Positions 1-8,303 are shown, counted from the first letter of the stretch. The stretch: DNA of 32,000 nucleotides from Candidatus Arthromitus sp. SFB-rat-Yit (GCF_000283555.1 NC_016012.1:570001-602000); one strand, 5' to 3'. Notes: generated by a model from the sequence alone, not told the origin. Made by a program: numbers and translations.

Positions 1-582
1 GGTAAATATGTATTTGGTGGTGAGAGGATTGATCAAAAGCCGTTAAATATATCAAAAGATCCAGTAAGTGGGAATATTAAGCTTGAGTATAATGGAAAAA
101 ATGGGCAAGCAATAACTCAAGTTGAATTAGATCAAATTAGACAGCCAATTGAGATGGAAGTTTCTCCTGGAGTAAAAATTGATTATGGAGTTAATGTAAC
201 TGAAATGATTGAGTTTAAGGATAAGGATGGGAACGATGTTAATCTCATGGAGAGTTTTGAGAAAATTTTGGAAAACTTAGATAATACTGATGAGAATGCC
301 TATAAAGAGCTTATAACAAAAAATTTGGAACAAATTGATGATGCACTTCAAAATGTTTCAAGAATAAGAGGTCAAATTGGTTCAAAACAAAATCGAATGG
401 AAGATGCACTCGAGAGAAATGAAGAAGAAAAATTTAATATAAAAGAAATTTTATCGAGTATTGAAGATATAGACTTTGCAGAAAAAACAATTGATTATGT
501 AACAGCTATGACGATGTATACAGCTTCACTTCAAGCAAGTTCAAAGATAATGCAACCGTCATTGATCGACTATTTAAGATAA
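1..582 (+). CDS. flgL: Flagellar hook-associated protein 3 (FlgL), 5' end outside window
   Basis: Frame 1 is open from nt 1, so the tracked ORF from 154 is only an internal Met. C-terminus ...YTASLQASSKIMQPSLIDYLR is the flagellin/HAP3-type terminal helix. Lies immediately upstream of fliW-csrA, as in other Firmicutes. Confidence 0.8.
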   Translation, partial: GKYVFGGERIDQKPLNISKDPVSGNIKLEYNGKNGQAITQVELDQIRQPIEMEVSPGVKIDYGVNVTEMIEFKDKDGNDVNLMESFEKILENLDNTDENAYKELITKNLEQIDDALQNVSRIRGQIGSKQNRMEDALERNEEEKFNIKEILSSIEDIDFAEKTIDYVTAMTMYTASLQASSKIMQPSLIDYLR

Positions 583-686
583 ACTTAATTGTATATATTT
601 TTTAAACAGGATAATAATATTATTAAAAATATTTTTAAAAAGTATTTTGATTTTTTTAATTTTTGAATTTGGGAGGAATTTAATCA

Positions 687-1094
687 ATGGGAGAGCAAAT
701 GGTTTTAAAAAATGGTAGTGTAGTATTTGAAAAAGGGTTACCTGGATTTGATGGGCTTAAAAATTTTGAATTAGTAGCATTGGAGCAGGTTGGATTTTTT
801 AATTTAAGTTCTTCTGAACAGGAAAATATTTCTCTTCTATTAATTGATCCATATATTTATTTTCCTAATTATGAAATAGAAATTGATGATAGTACAACAG
901 AAAGATTAAATATAAAAGATGCAAGCGATGTGTTAGTTTTAAGTGTAGTAACATTAAATGATGATGTAGAGAAAATAACTTTGAATTTAAGAGCTCCTAT
1001 AATTGTCAACCTTACTACAGGAAAATGTGAACAAGTAATATTAGATAGAGAAGATTATTTAGTTAGACAATCATTAGTAGTCAAAAGAGGGTGA
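687..1094 (+). CDS. fliW: Flagellar assembly factor FliW (CsrA antagonist)
   Basis: 135 aa with a GLPGF motif near the N-terminus (FEKGLPGFDGLKNFELV). GGGAGG RBS lies 10 nt upstream. Directly precedes csrA. Confidence 0.85.
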   Translation: MGEQMVLKNGSVVFEKGLPGFDGLKNFELVALEQVGFFNLSSSEQENISLLLIDPYIYFPNYEIEIDDSTTERLNIKDASDVLVLSVVTLNDDVEKITLNLRAPIIVNLTTGKCEQVILDREDYLVRQSLVVKRG

Positions 1095-1101
1095 TTTTTA
1101 A

Positions 1102-1326
1102 GTGTTAGTTATTTCACGAAAAAAAGAGGAAAGCTTATTCATTGGAGATGATATTGAGATAAAGATCGTAAAGATTGAAGATAATTGTGTAAAACTTGCA
1201 ATAGAAGCTCCAAGAGAATTAAAGATTTTAAGAAAAGAGCTTATACAAGATATTAGTTCCCAAAATAAGAAATCTATTTCTTCTAATATGATTGACGTTA
1301 TTTCTAAGATTGATAATTTAAAATAG
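1102..1326 (+). CDS. csrA: Carbon storage regulator CsrA (translational repressor)
   Basis: GTG start. MLVISRKKEESLFIGDDIEIKIVKIEDNCVKLAIEAPRELKILRKEL is a canonical CsrA fold sequence. 74 aa. Confidence 0.92.
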   Translation: MLVISRKKEESLFIGDDIEIKIVKIEDNCVKLAIEAPRELKILRKELIQDISSQNKKSISSNMIDVISKIDNLK

Positions 1327-1370
1327 GCAGGTTTATGTAATTATTATTTGAAAATAGGTAGGTAATATTT

Positions 1371-1751
1371 ATGTTAAACGCAAGGGATACTTACAAAAAC
1401 AGTAGTATTAACAACGTATCGAAGGAAAAGCTCTTGATTATGTTAGTTGAAGGTGGAGTCAAGTTTTGTAAGATTGCAAAACTTGCCTTTAAAACTAATA
1501 ATTTAAAAGAGATTCATACAAACTTGATTAAAGCTCAAGATATTTTTTATGAGCTTATGATAACCCTAGATACTGAAAAGGGTGGAGTTTGGGCAGAAAA
1601 CTTAAAAAGTATATACGCTTTTATAATAGATAGGCTTTCTAAGTGTAATATTGAGAAGAACGAAGCAATACTTGATGAAGTTTTTCCTGTTGTCCAAGAA
1701 GTAAATGATATGTGGCAAGAGGTTTATAAGAAGGTTTCTAGCTCGAAATAA
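1371..1751 (+). CDS. fliS: Flagellar export chaperone FliS
   Basis: 126 aa. The N-terminal YKNSSINNVSKEKLLIMLVEGGVKFCKIA pattern is typical of FliS. Position is directly upstream of fliD. Confidence 0.85.
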   Translation: MLNARDTYKNSSINNVSKEKLLIMLVEGGVKFCKIAKLAFKTNNLKEIHTNLIKAQDIFYELMITLDTEKGGVWAENLKSIYAFIIDRLSKCNIEKNEAILDEVFPVVQEVNDMWQEVYKKVSSSK

Positions 1752-1768
1752 TTTTAGGAGGGATATAT

Positions 1769-4162
1769 ATGTCATCGATTCAAATGACTGGTATGGCCTC
1801 TGGTTTGGATACAAAAGCTATTGTAGAAAGTATGCTTCAGACTGAAAAAAGTAAGATCGACCGAATAAATCAAAATAAACAAATACTAGAGTGGAGACAG
1901 GAACTCTATAGGGAAATAATAACAGAAGTTAGGGATTTTTCTAAGAAATATTTTGATCCACTTAATAAAGAAACTTATATAATGGGTTCTGGATCTCTTT
2001 CTGGAATAAAGGCTGATTCAACAGTCAGCAAAACAGTAGCAAATATTATAGCCGGTGGAACGGCTGAGCCAGGAAATTATGAATTAAAAATGACTCAAAT
2101 GGCAAAACCTGCAAAAGTAACTGGTTCAAATGTAATAAACCAATCTACAGTAAAGGGAGATTTAAAAATACCAGTTATTATTGGAGCAGATAACAATACG
2201 ATAAAAATTGATGGTCACCAAATAAAACTGGACTCAAAATCTTTTGATAGTAAAGAAAGTCTTGCTAAGGCGATAAATGTAAAAATTCAAGAAAACGATT
2301 CTACAAAAGATAAATATGAGGTTTCAGTTAACAAAGATGGACAACTTGAAGTAAAAAGTAATTTTGTAGTAGATGATAAAAATGATTCTTTAAAAATTGA
2401 TGTTGGCGGAAAAGAGTATACAATTAAATTAGATAAAGGTTCATATAGTCAAGATAAACTTGTAAATCAAATAAAGTCTAAACTTAAAAAAGTAATATCA
2501 AGTGATGAATATAAGGAATTGAAGGTAGAAGTTGATGAGAGTGGACAAGTTAAAGTTAATGATAAGAATTTGGATTCATTAAAATTTGAAACTCCTAAAG
2601 TTTCTATTGTAGGTCAAGATTCAACCAAAACATCAGCAGATAATATTTTGCAATATGAATCAAAATTTATTAAAGGTCAGAACTCGGATTTAGTAATCAG
2701 TGTTAGAGGAAAAGATCCTACTGTAATTGATTTGTCAGATATTGATACATCGAAGAGCAAAGAGGAAATACTTAATGAGATTTCAAAAAAGGTTAATGAA
2801 AATACAAACAAAACAAATGTAAGTAGTAGTGTTGTTAATGGAAAACTTGTATTTAAAACAGATTTAAAAGAACAAATTGTTATAAGCGGTAGTGCTGCGA
2901 ATTCAATTGGTATTGGGAATAGTTTGGATATAACTTTGGACGTTAAAACTGAGAAGATGGTAAACGTTTTAAATTTTGATAATCCAGACGATAAAAAGGT
3001 AGAGTTTACGATTAATGGAGAAACATTTAAATATGATTTTGGATCTAAAGAAGATAAAGATGGGTATAAAGGTGGACAAGATTTAACGATTAAACAAGTT
3101 TTTTCCGATATTTCATCGAGAGCGAAAGTTAATATTTCCTATAATACTATTTCAAGGAGCTTTAATATTGAGTCTAAAGAAACAGGGAAAGAAGTTGTTT
3201 TGAGCGGAGGAGATACATCAGGGAAATTTATTGAGTCTTTATTTGGAACTAATAAGTTAGATGCAAAAGGAGAAAGTGCTATTGTGGAATTCATGGATGG
3301 TGATGGTAATAGTAACACTTTTGAATTTTCATCAAATAGTTTTACACTTGCAGGAATTACTTTTGATATAAAAACATTACCGACAGAACCTATAAAAGTA
3401 AGCGTTATTGAAGATACGGACAAGACTGTTGAGTTAATGAAGGGGTTTGTTGAGGATTTCAATAAAATTATGGATGATCTCAACACAAAGACGAGAGAGA
3501 GAAAGAATTCCAAGTTTAAACCTTTAACTGAAGCACAAAAAGAGGCAATGAGTGAGAAGGAAATTGAGCTTTGGGAAGCTAAGGCGAAACAAGGAATACT
3601 TGGAAATGAGTCGGAGCTTGAGAGTTTTATGTATGAACTTAGAAATGCTATTTTTACACCAGTTGATGGGGTAAATTTAAGCATGCGTGAAATTGGACTC
3701 GATACATCAAATGATTATAAACAAGGGGGAAAAATCATTTTTGATGAAGAAAAGTTCAGAAAGGCTTTAGCAAGTGATCCGCAAAGCATATCAGAATTGT
3801 TTACAAAAACTTCTGATAGTGGAAATGAAAATTATAATCCTGATTTGACAGCTGACGAGAGGAAGGCGAAGAACGCAGACCAAGGAATTTTCAGGAGAAT
3901 AAATGATGTTGTGAATGATTATACGAGAACTACAAGAAATAAGAGTGGTAAAAAGGGAACCTTCATTGAAATTGCAGGTATAGAAGGTGATACCACATTT
4001 TTAAGTAACACAATATCAAAAAAGATTAAAGAATATGATGAGAAAATTGATAAACTTAATGATTTGATAACTACTAGAGAAAATAGATATTATGCACAAT
4101 TTACACGATTAGAAACTGCGTTAAGCAAGTTGCAATCTCAGTCATCGATGTTCATGCAGTAA
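1769..4162 (+). CDS. fliD: Flagellar filament cap protein FliD, expanded (797 aa)
   Basis: N-terminus MSSIQMTGMASGLDTKAIVESMLQTEKSKIDRINQ and C-terminus RENRYYAQFTRLETALSKLQSQSSMF match the FliD N/C helical domains. AGGAGGG RBS. The central part carries repeated modules (see findings). Confidence 0.9.
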   Translation: MSSIQMTGMASGLDTKAIVESMLQTEKSKIDRINQNKQILEWRQELYREIITEVRDFSKKYFDPLNKETYIMGSGSLSGIKADSTVSKTVANIIAGGTAEPGNYELKMTQMAKPAKVTGSNVINQSTVKGDLKIPVIIGADNNTIKIDGHQIKLDSKSFDSKESLAKAINVKIQENDSTKDKYEVSVNKDGQLEVKSNFVVDDKNDSLKIDVGGKEYTIKLDKGSYSQDKLVNQIKSKLKKVISSDEYKELKVEVDESGQVKVNDKNLDSLKFETPKVSIVGQDSTKTSADNILQYESKFIKGQNSDLVISVRGKDPTVIDLSDIDTSKSKEEILNEISKKVNENTNKTNVSSSVVNGKLVFKTDLKEQIVISGSAANSIGIGNSLDITLDVKTEKMVNVLNFDNPDDKKVEFTINGETFKYDFGSKEDKDGYKGGQDLTIKQVFSDISSRAKVNISYNTISRSFNIESKETGKEVVLSGGDTSGKFIESLFGTNKLDAKGESAIVEFMDGDGNSNTFEFSSNSFTLAGITFDIKTLPTEPIKVSVIEDTDKTVELMKGFVEDFNKIMDDLNTKTRERKNSKFKPLTEAQKEAMSEKEIELWEAKAKQGILGNESELESFMYELRNAIFTPVDGVNLSMREIGLDTSNDYKQGGKIIFDEEKFRKALASDPQSISELFTKTSDSGNENYNPDLTADERKAKNADQGIFRRINDVVNDYTRTTRNKSGKKGTFIEIAGIEGDTTFLSNTISKKIKEYDEKIDKLNDLITTRENRYYAQFTRLETALSKLQSQSSMFMQ

Positions 4163-4186
4163 TATTTAATTTTGAGGTGAATGTTT

Positions 4187-4525
4187 ATGGAAGAGTTGGT
4201 TTATAATCAATTAAAGATATTTAAAGATCTTACTATGAGAATTATTGATGCTGTGAACTTTGAAGATACAGAACTTGTTTTGGATCTTATGGATGAAAGG
4301 CAAATCATATTGAATGAGTTAGATGGTTGCGACAAGGATGTATTAATTAAATGTGCAAATGATTTGGATATTATAAAGATGGATTTGTTACTTGAATCTC
4401 TCATGAAAAATAAAATAAGTGATATTTATAATGAGATTAAAAATATTAGCAGGGAACGCAAAACTGTGCAGGCATATAACAATAATAATTCATCAAATTA
4501 TTCTGCGTTTGTATATGAAGTTTAA
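4187..4525 (+). CDS. Small helical protein, FliT-like flagellar chaperone candidate
   Basis: Position directly after fliD. About 112 aa, acidic and predicted helical. GAGGTG RBS sits 7 nt before ATG 4187, whereas the tracked ATG 4181 is only 1 nt from the RBS. Assigned by context only. Confidence 0.45.
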   Translation: MEELVYNQLKIFKDLTMRIIDAVNFEDTELVLDLMDERQIILNELDGCDKDVLIKCANDLDIIKMDLLLESLMKNKISDIYNEIKNISRERKTVQAYNNNNSSNYSAFVYEV

Positions 4526-4551
4526 ATAATTTTTTTGAATGAGGTGATTTT

Positions 4552-5538
4552 ATGATTAGAGGTATGTATGCAGGTATCAGTGGAATGAAGGCTCAACAGA
4601 ACAAGCTTGATGTTATTGGTAACAACTTGGCGAACGTTTCAACGACAGGTTTTAAAGGTTCTAGGGTTGTATTTAAAGATATGATGTATCAAAATTCATC
4701 TAATGCAGTTGGGGCGTCAAATAACCTTGGTGGAAGTAATGCGAAACAAGTTGGACTTGGTGCGAGTGTTGGAAGTATTGATAGAGTTATGGGACAAGGT
4801 ATGATGCAGCCAACAGGAAGACCACTTGATTTGGCAATGGACGGAGATGGATTTTTTATGGTTTCTAAAGGTCCAGTGGCTCACAAAGATGACGATATAA
4901 CAATTACTAATGGTCAACTTGATGCTGGAGGGCGTGAAATAATGTATACAAGAGATGGATCTTTATCCCTTGATGCTGATGGGTATCTTGTTACATCGAG
5001 CGGTGAGAGAGTTCTTGGTTATACTATGACCGATGGAATGGATGATGATGGAACGGTTAATTATGTTGATGCTGATGATCCAGACTTGGAAGCGGCAGAT
5101 GGTTTAAAAACTCTTAGAATACCTGATAAGGTTAAGTTTCCAGGTACAAATGGACAAGCGGATGAATACAAAAAAGTTATATCATATTCTATTGGTAAGG
5201 ATGGGGTAATAACTGGAGTTGTTGAAGGTGGTCAGATGACTGTTATTGGACAACTTGCTACAGCGAGTTTCAAGAACCAAGAAGGACTTGAGGCTGTTGG
5301 AAATAATATGTATTTAAACTCTGCAAACTCTGGAACTCCATTAATATCAACAGGACTTGGAGATCCTGACCCTATAGAGAATGGTAGTATAATGCAAGGT
5401 ATGCTTGAGATGTCAAATGTTGATATTGCTGAGCAGTTTACTGATCTTATAGTTACTAGTAGAGCGTTTCAGGCTTCGTCAAAAATTATATCTGCGAGTG
5501 ATGAAATTCTTCAAGAGGTTGTTAACTTAAAAAGGTAG
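4552..5538 (+). CDS. Flagellar hook/rod family protein (FlgE/FlgG family paralog)
   Basis: N-terminus MIRGMYAGISGMKAQQNKLDVIGNNLANVSTTGFKG. C-terminus LEMSNVDIAEQFTDLIVTSRAFQASSKIISASDEILQEVVNLKR. Internal YTRDGSLSLDADGYLVTSSG motif. 328 aa, between typical FlgG and FlgE sizes. Confidence 0.8.
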   Translation: MIRGMYAGISGMKAQQNKLDVIGNNLANVSTTGFKGSRVVFKDMMYQNSSNAVGASNNLGGSNAKQVGLGASVGSIDRVMGQGMMQPTGRPLDLAMDGDGFFMVSKGPVAHKDDDITITNGQLDAGGREIMYTRDGSLSLDADGYLVTSSGERVLGYTMTDGMDDDGTVNYVDADDPDLEAADGLKTLRIPDKVKFPGTNGQADEYKKVISYSIGKDGVITGVVEGGQMTVIGQLATASFKNQEGLEAVGNNMYLNSANSGTPLISTGLGDPDPIENGSIMQGMLEMSNVDIAEQFTDLIVTSRAFQASSKIISASDEILQEVVNLKR

Positions 5539-5541
5539 CAT

Positions 5542-5586
5542 AACAAAAGGGCACTAAAAATTTTAGTGGCTTTTGTTATTTTTTTA
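5542..5586 (+). terminator. Rho-independent terminator after the hook-family gene
   Basis: AACAAAAG..CACTAAAA pairs with TTTTAGTG..CTTTTGTT (internal mismatch), followed by a T-run. Confidence 0.6.
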
Positions 5587-5613
5587 TAAAGTTATCAGAA
5601 AACTTTACGATAA
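5587..5613 (+). promoter_or_regulatory. Sigma-D (sigma-28) type promoter for flagellin 1
   Basis: TAAA (5587-5590), N15, then taCGATAA (CGATAA at 5608-5613). This matches the Firmicute flagellar sigma consensus TAAA-N15-GCCGATAA in its core, about 70 nt upstream of ATG 5684. Confidence 0.6.
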
Positions 5614-5620
5614 TAAAAAA

Positions 5621-5676
5621 TGTAACACGGATAGAGTGTTACAAAAACAAGGATGTAAGATGATATTCAAGGAGGA
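5621..5676 (+). promoter_or_regulatory. Flagellin 5' leader with candidate CsrA binding sites
   Basis: Perfect 8-bp hairpin TGTAACAC/GTGTTACA (5621-5643) presenting GGA in its 7-nt loop GGATAGA. A second CAAGGA lies at 5648-5653. A third AAGGAGGA overlaps the SD at 5669-5676. Confidence 0.55.
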
Positions 5677-5683
5677 ATAAACA

Positions 5684-6886
5684 ATGATAATTAATCACAA
5701 TATGAATGCAATGAATGCACATAGGAATATGGGGAGTACGACATCTGCGCAAGGAAAGTCAATGGAAAAGTTAAGTTCAGGACTTAGAATAAATAGAGCT
5801 GGTGATGATGCTGCAGGTCTTGCAATATCTGAGAAGATGAGATCACAAATCAGAGGATTGAATCAAGCTTCAAGAAACGCTCAAGATGGTATTTCAATGA
5901 TTCAAACAGCTGAGGGAGCATTGTCAGAGACTCATGCTATAGGACAGAGAATGAGAGAGCTTGCAGTTCAATCTGCGAACGGAACTTATACAGATGAAGA
6001 TAGAGAACTTATAAATCAAGAGTTCAATCAATTAAAATCTGAGATTGATAGAATAGCAAACGACACAGAATTTAATGGTAGTAAAGTTATAAATGGTAAC
6101 CTTTCAAGTAAAGAAATAGTTGCAGGTACTGTTGCGAAATCAACAACAGGTACAGGAATAACTACAGGAATGGCAAATGTTGTAGATACTGATTTAGAAT
6201 TTGGAGATGAAGCGCATCTTCTTGGTGAAGGTAGCTTTACATTTAATGTTGCTGTTGATGATCAGGGAGTAATTACGATTGATCTTTATGATAAATCTAG
6301 CTTTAATGATAATAAGGAATATGTAATGGAAACATTAGTTATTGATGATGTAGGATCTGATATTGGTCAGACAGGTAAAAGCGTTGGTGCTACTATAGGT
6401 GGAGTAGATTTTGTATTGAATCTTGAAAATTTAGAAAAAACTAAGCAAATTAATTTTACTATAGAAAATACAGCACAACAAAAAGATTCAGGATCTGGAG
6501 TTGAATTGCAAGTAGGTGCAAACAAAGACCAAATGATAGGATTGAGCATGGAGAATATGGGTTCAAGAGAATTAGGACTAGGTGGAGTTAGTGTTTCTAC
6601 TGCTGAAGATTCAAAAGATGCAATCGGCAGATTGGATAAAGCGGTTTCTAGAATTTCTGCACAAAGAGCTGACCTTGGAGCTGCTCAAAACAGACTTGAG
6701 CACACAATCGCGTCAACTGATAATACTGCGGAAAACTTACAAGCTGCTGAGTCTAGAATAAGAGACGTTGATATGGCAAAAGAAATGATGAACTTAACAA
6801 AGTTAAATGTTCTTCAACAAGCTTCCCAATCAATGCTTGCACAAGCAAACCAAGCACCACAACAAGTTCTTTCAATCTTAAGATAA
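5684..6886 (+). CDS. fliC: Flagellin (paralog 1, 400 aa)
   Basis: MIINHNMNAMNAHRNMG...LSSGLRINRAGDDAAGLAISEKMRSQIRGLNQASRNAQDGIS N-domain. C-domain ...NRLEHTIASTDNTAENLQAAESRIRDVDMAKEMMNLTK...QAPQQVLSILR. Confidence 0.95.
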   Translation: MIINHNMNAMNAHRNMGSTTSAQGKSMEKLSSGLRINRAGDDAAGLAISEKMRSQIRGLNQASRNAQDGISMIQTAEGALSETHAIGQRMRELAVQSANGTYTDEDRELINQEFNQLKSEIDRIANDTEFNGSKVINGNLSSKEIVAGTVAKSTTGTGITTGMANVVDTDLEFGDEAHLLGEGSFTFNVAVDDQGVITIDLYDKSSFNDNKEYVMETLVIDDVGSDIGQTGKSVGATIGGVDFVLNLENLEKTKQINFTIENTAQQKDSGSGVELQVGANKDQMIGLSMENMGSRELGLGGVSVSTAEDSKDAIGRLDKAVSRISAQRADLGAAQNRLEHTIASTDNTAENLQAAESRIRDVDMAKEMMNLTKLNVLQQASQSMLAQANQAPQQVLSILR

Positions 6887-6888
6887 TT

Positions 6889-6922
6889 AGGGATGCCGAG
6901 AGGCATTCCCTTTTTATTTTTT
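6889..6922 (+). terminator. Rho-independent terminator after flagellin 1
   Basis: AGGGATGCC, loop gaga, GGCATTCCCT (one bulged T), followed by TTTTTATTTTTT. Confidence 0.75.
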
Positions 6923-7027
6923 ATTCTGAAATTTATACCAGTATATGAACTACATAAACCACCAATAATAATAATGTCTAAATATTTAACAGGGACGTAA
7001 ATGAATTTCAAGGAGGAATAATAAACA

Positions 7028-8218
7028 ATGATAATTAATCACAATATGAATGCGATGAATGCACATAGAAATATGGGAAGTACAACAATTGCTCAAGGTA
7101 AAGCAATGGAAAAATTAAATTCAGGACTTAGAATAAATAGAGCTGCAGATGATGCCGCAGGTCTTGCAATATCTGAGAAGATGAGATCACAAATCAGAGG
7201 TCTTAATCAGGCTTCAAGAAATGCTCAAGATGGTATTTCAATGATTCAAACAGCTGAGGGAGCATTATCAGAAACTCATGCAATCGCACAAAGAATGAGA
7301 GAACTTGCAGTTCAATCTGCAAACGGTACTTATACAGATGAAGATAGGGCTTTAATCGATCAAGAATTTAATCAATTAAGATCTGAAATCGATAGAATTG
7401 CGACAGATACAGATTTTAGCGGAAGTAAAGTACTTAATGGAGAAAAATCAGGAGAGAAAATAGAATTTGATACTGGGGTTGTTAAGGCAGGTACAGGAAC
7501 TTTAAGTGGTGCAGATGCAGCAACTGTTTTTTTAGATACAGATTTAAAAAATGTTAATACTCTAGGAGAAGGTACGTTTCATTTAAAAATGTCACTTGAT
7601 GGAGATGATGTAAAGTTAGAGTTAACAGATGAGTCTAAGTTTAATGATAATAAAGAGTATACTATAGAAACTGTAGTTCTTAAAGATGCTGCTAATGCTG
7701 ATACTGAGCAAGTCGTAACATTAGGTGGGGCACAATTTAAATTAGCACAGTTAAAAACTAAAATTAAGGATGCAAATGTTAACAATGTTGAGCTTACATT
7801 AACTAATACTGTTACAGAAAAGAATCCAGGAGTTGAACTTCAAATTGGAGCAAATAAAGATCAAATGATAAGTATAAGTATTGGGAATATGAGAAGTCGT
7901 GAGCTTGGTCTTGGAGGAGTTAACGTTGCTTCAGCTGAAGATGCAAAAGATGCAATCGGAAGATTAGATGAGGCAGTTTCGAGAGTTTCTGCACAGAGAG
8001 CTGACCTTGGAGCTTCTCAAAATAGACTCGAACATACAATAGCTTCAACTGATAATACTGCGGAGAACTTGCAAGCAGCTGAGTCTAGAATAAGAGATGT
8101 TGATATGGCAAAAGAAATGATGAACTTAACAAAACTTAATGTTCTTCAACAAGCTTCACAGGCAATGCTTGCACAAGCAAACCAAGCACCACAACAAGTC
8201 CTTTCATTATTAAAATAA
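7028..8218 (+). CDS. fliC: Flagellin (paralog 2, 396 aa)
   Basis: Same N- and C-terminal flagellin domains as paralog 1, with a divergent central domain. Same AAGGAGGAATA SD context. Confidence 0.95.
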   Translation: MIINHNMNAMNAHRNMGSTTIAQGKAMEKLNSGLRINRAADDAAGLAISEKMRSQIRGLNQASRNAQDGISMIQTAEGALSETHAIAQRMRELAVQSANGTYTDEDRALIDQEFNQLRSEIDRIATDTDFSGSKVLNGEKSGEKIEFDTGVVKAGTGTLSGADAATVFLDTDLKNVNTLGEGTFHLKMSLDGDDVKLELTDESKFNDNKEYTIETVVLKDAANADTEQVVTLGGAQFKLAQLKTKIKDANVNNVELTLTNTVTEKNPGVELQIGANKDQMISISIGNMRSRELGLGGVNVASAEDAKDAIGRLDEAVSRVSAQRADLGASQNRLEHTIASTDNTAENLQAAESRIRDVDMAKEMMNLTKLNVLQQASQAMLAQANQAPQQVLSLLK

Positions 8219-8269
8219 ATAAAGGCAAGCATTTTTTAAAAATGCAAGCCTTTTATATTCTTCTATGTT

Positions 8270-8303
8270 AACAAAAGGAATGTTAATAAACATTCCTTTT
8301 GTT
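8270..8303. terminator. Bidirectional terminator between flagellin 2 (+) and the Cys-rich gene (-)
   Basis: Perfect 15-bp stem AACAAAAGGAATGTT / AACATTCCTTTTGTT with loop aata. T-rich flank downstream on the + strand. A weaker hairpin lies at about 8221-8256. Confidence 0.75.

Larger units (their letters stand above)
5666..8218 (+). repeat. Tandem duplication of the flagellin unit (5666-6886 and 7007-8218)
   Basis: Both copies start with ttcaaggaggaata..aacaatgataattaatcacaatatgaatgc. They share long identical DNA runs at the 5' and 3' ends of the CDS. Confidence 0.9.

Noticed and set aside
3139-3684. 181-aa ORF on the - strand inside fliD
   Set aside because: It is entirely antisense to a well-supported FliD coding frame. 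It has no RBS, and its Ser/Leu/Phe/Ile-rich composition is what the antisense of a K/E/D-rich AT-rich gene produces. The same reasoning applies to 1602-1814, 4207-4404, 4717-4917, 6367-6549, 6814-7011 and 7579-7785.
5539-5683. Invertible flagellar phase-variation switch upstream of fliC
   Set aside because: The only inverted repeat is the 8-bp leader hairpin with a 7-nt loop. No longer IR pair brackets the promoter, and no recombinase gene is nearby.
6979-7005. Sigma-D promoter for the second flagellin (TAAA ... gacgtaaa)
   Set aside because: Spacing (about 11 nt) and the -10 sequence both deviate strongly from TAAA-N15-GCCGATAA. It is therefore not reported as a feature.
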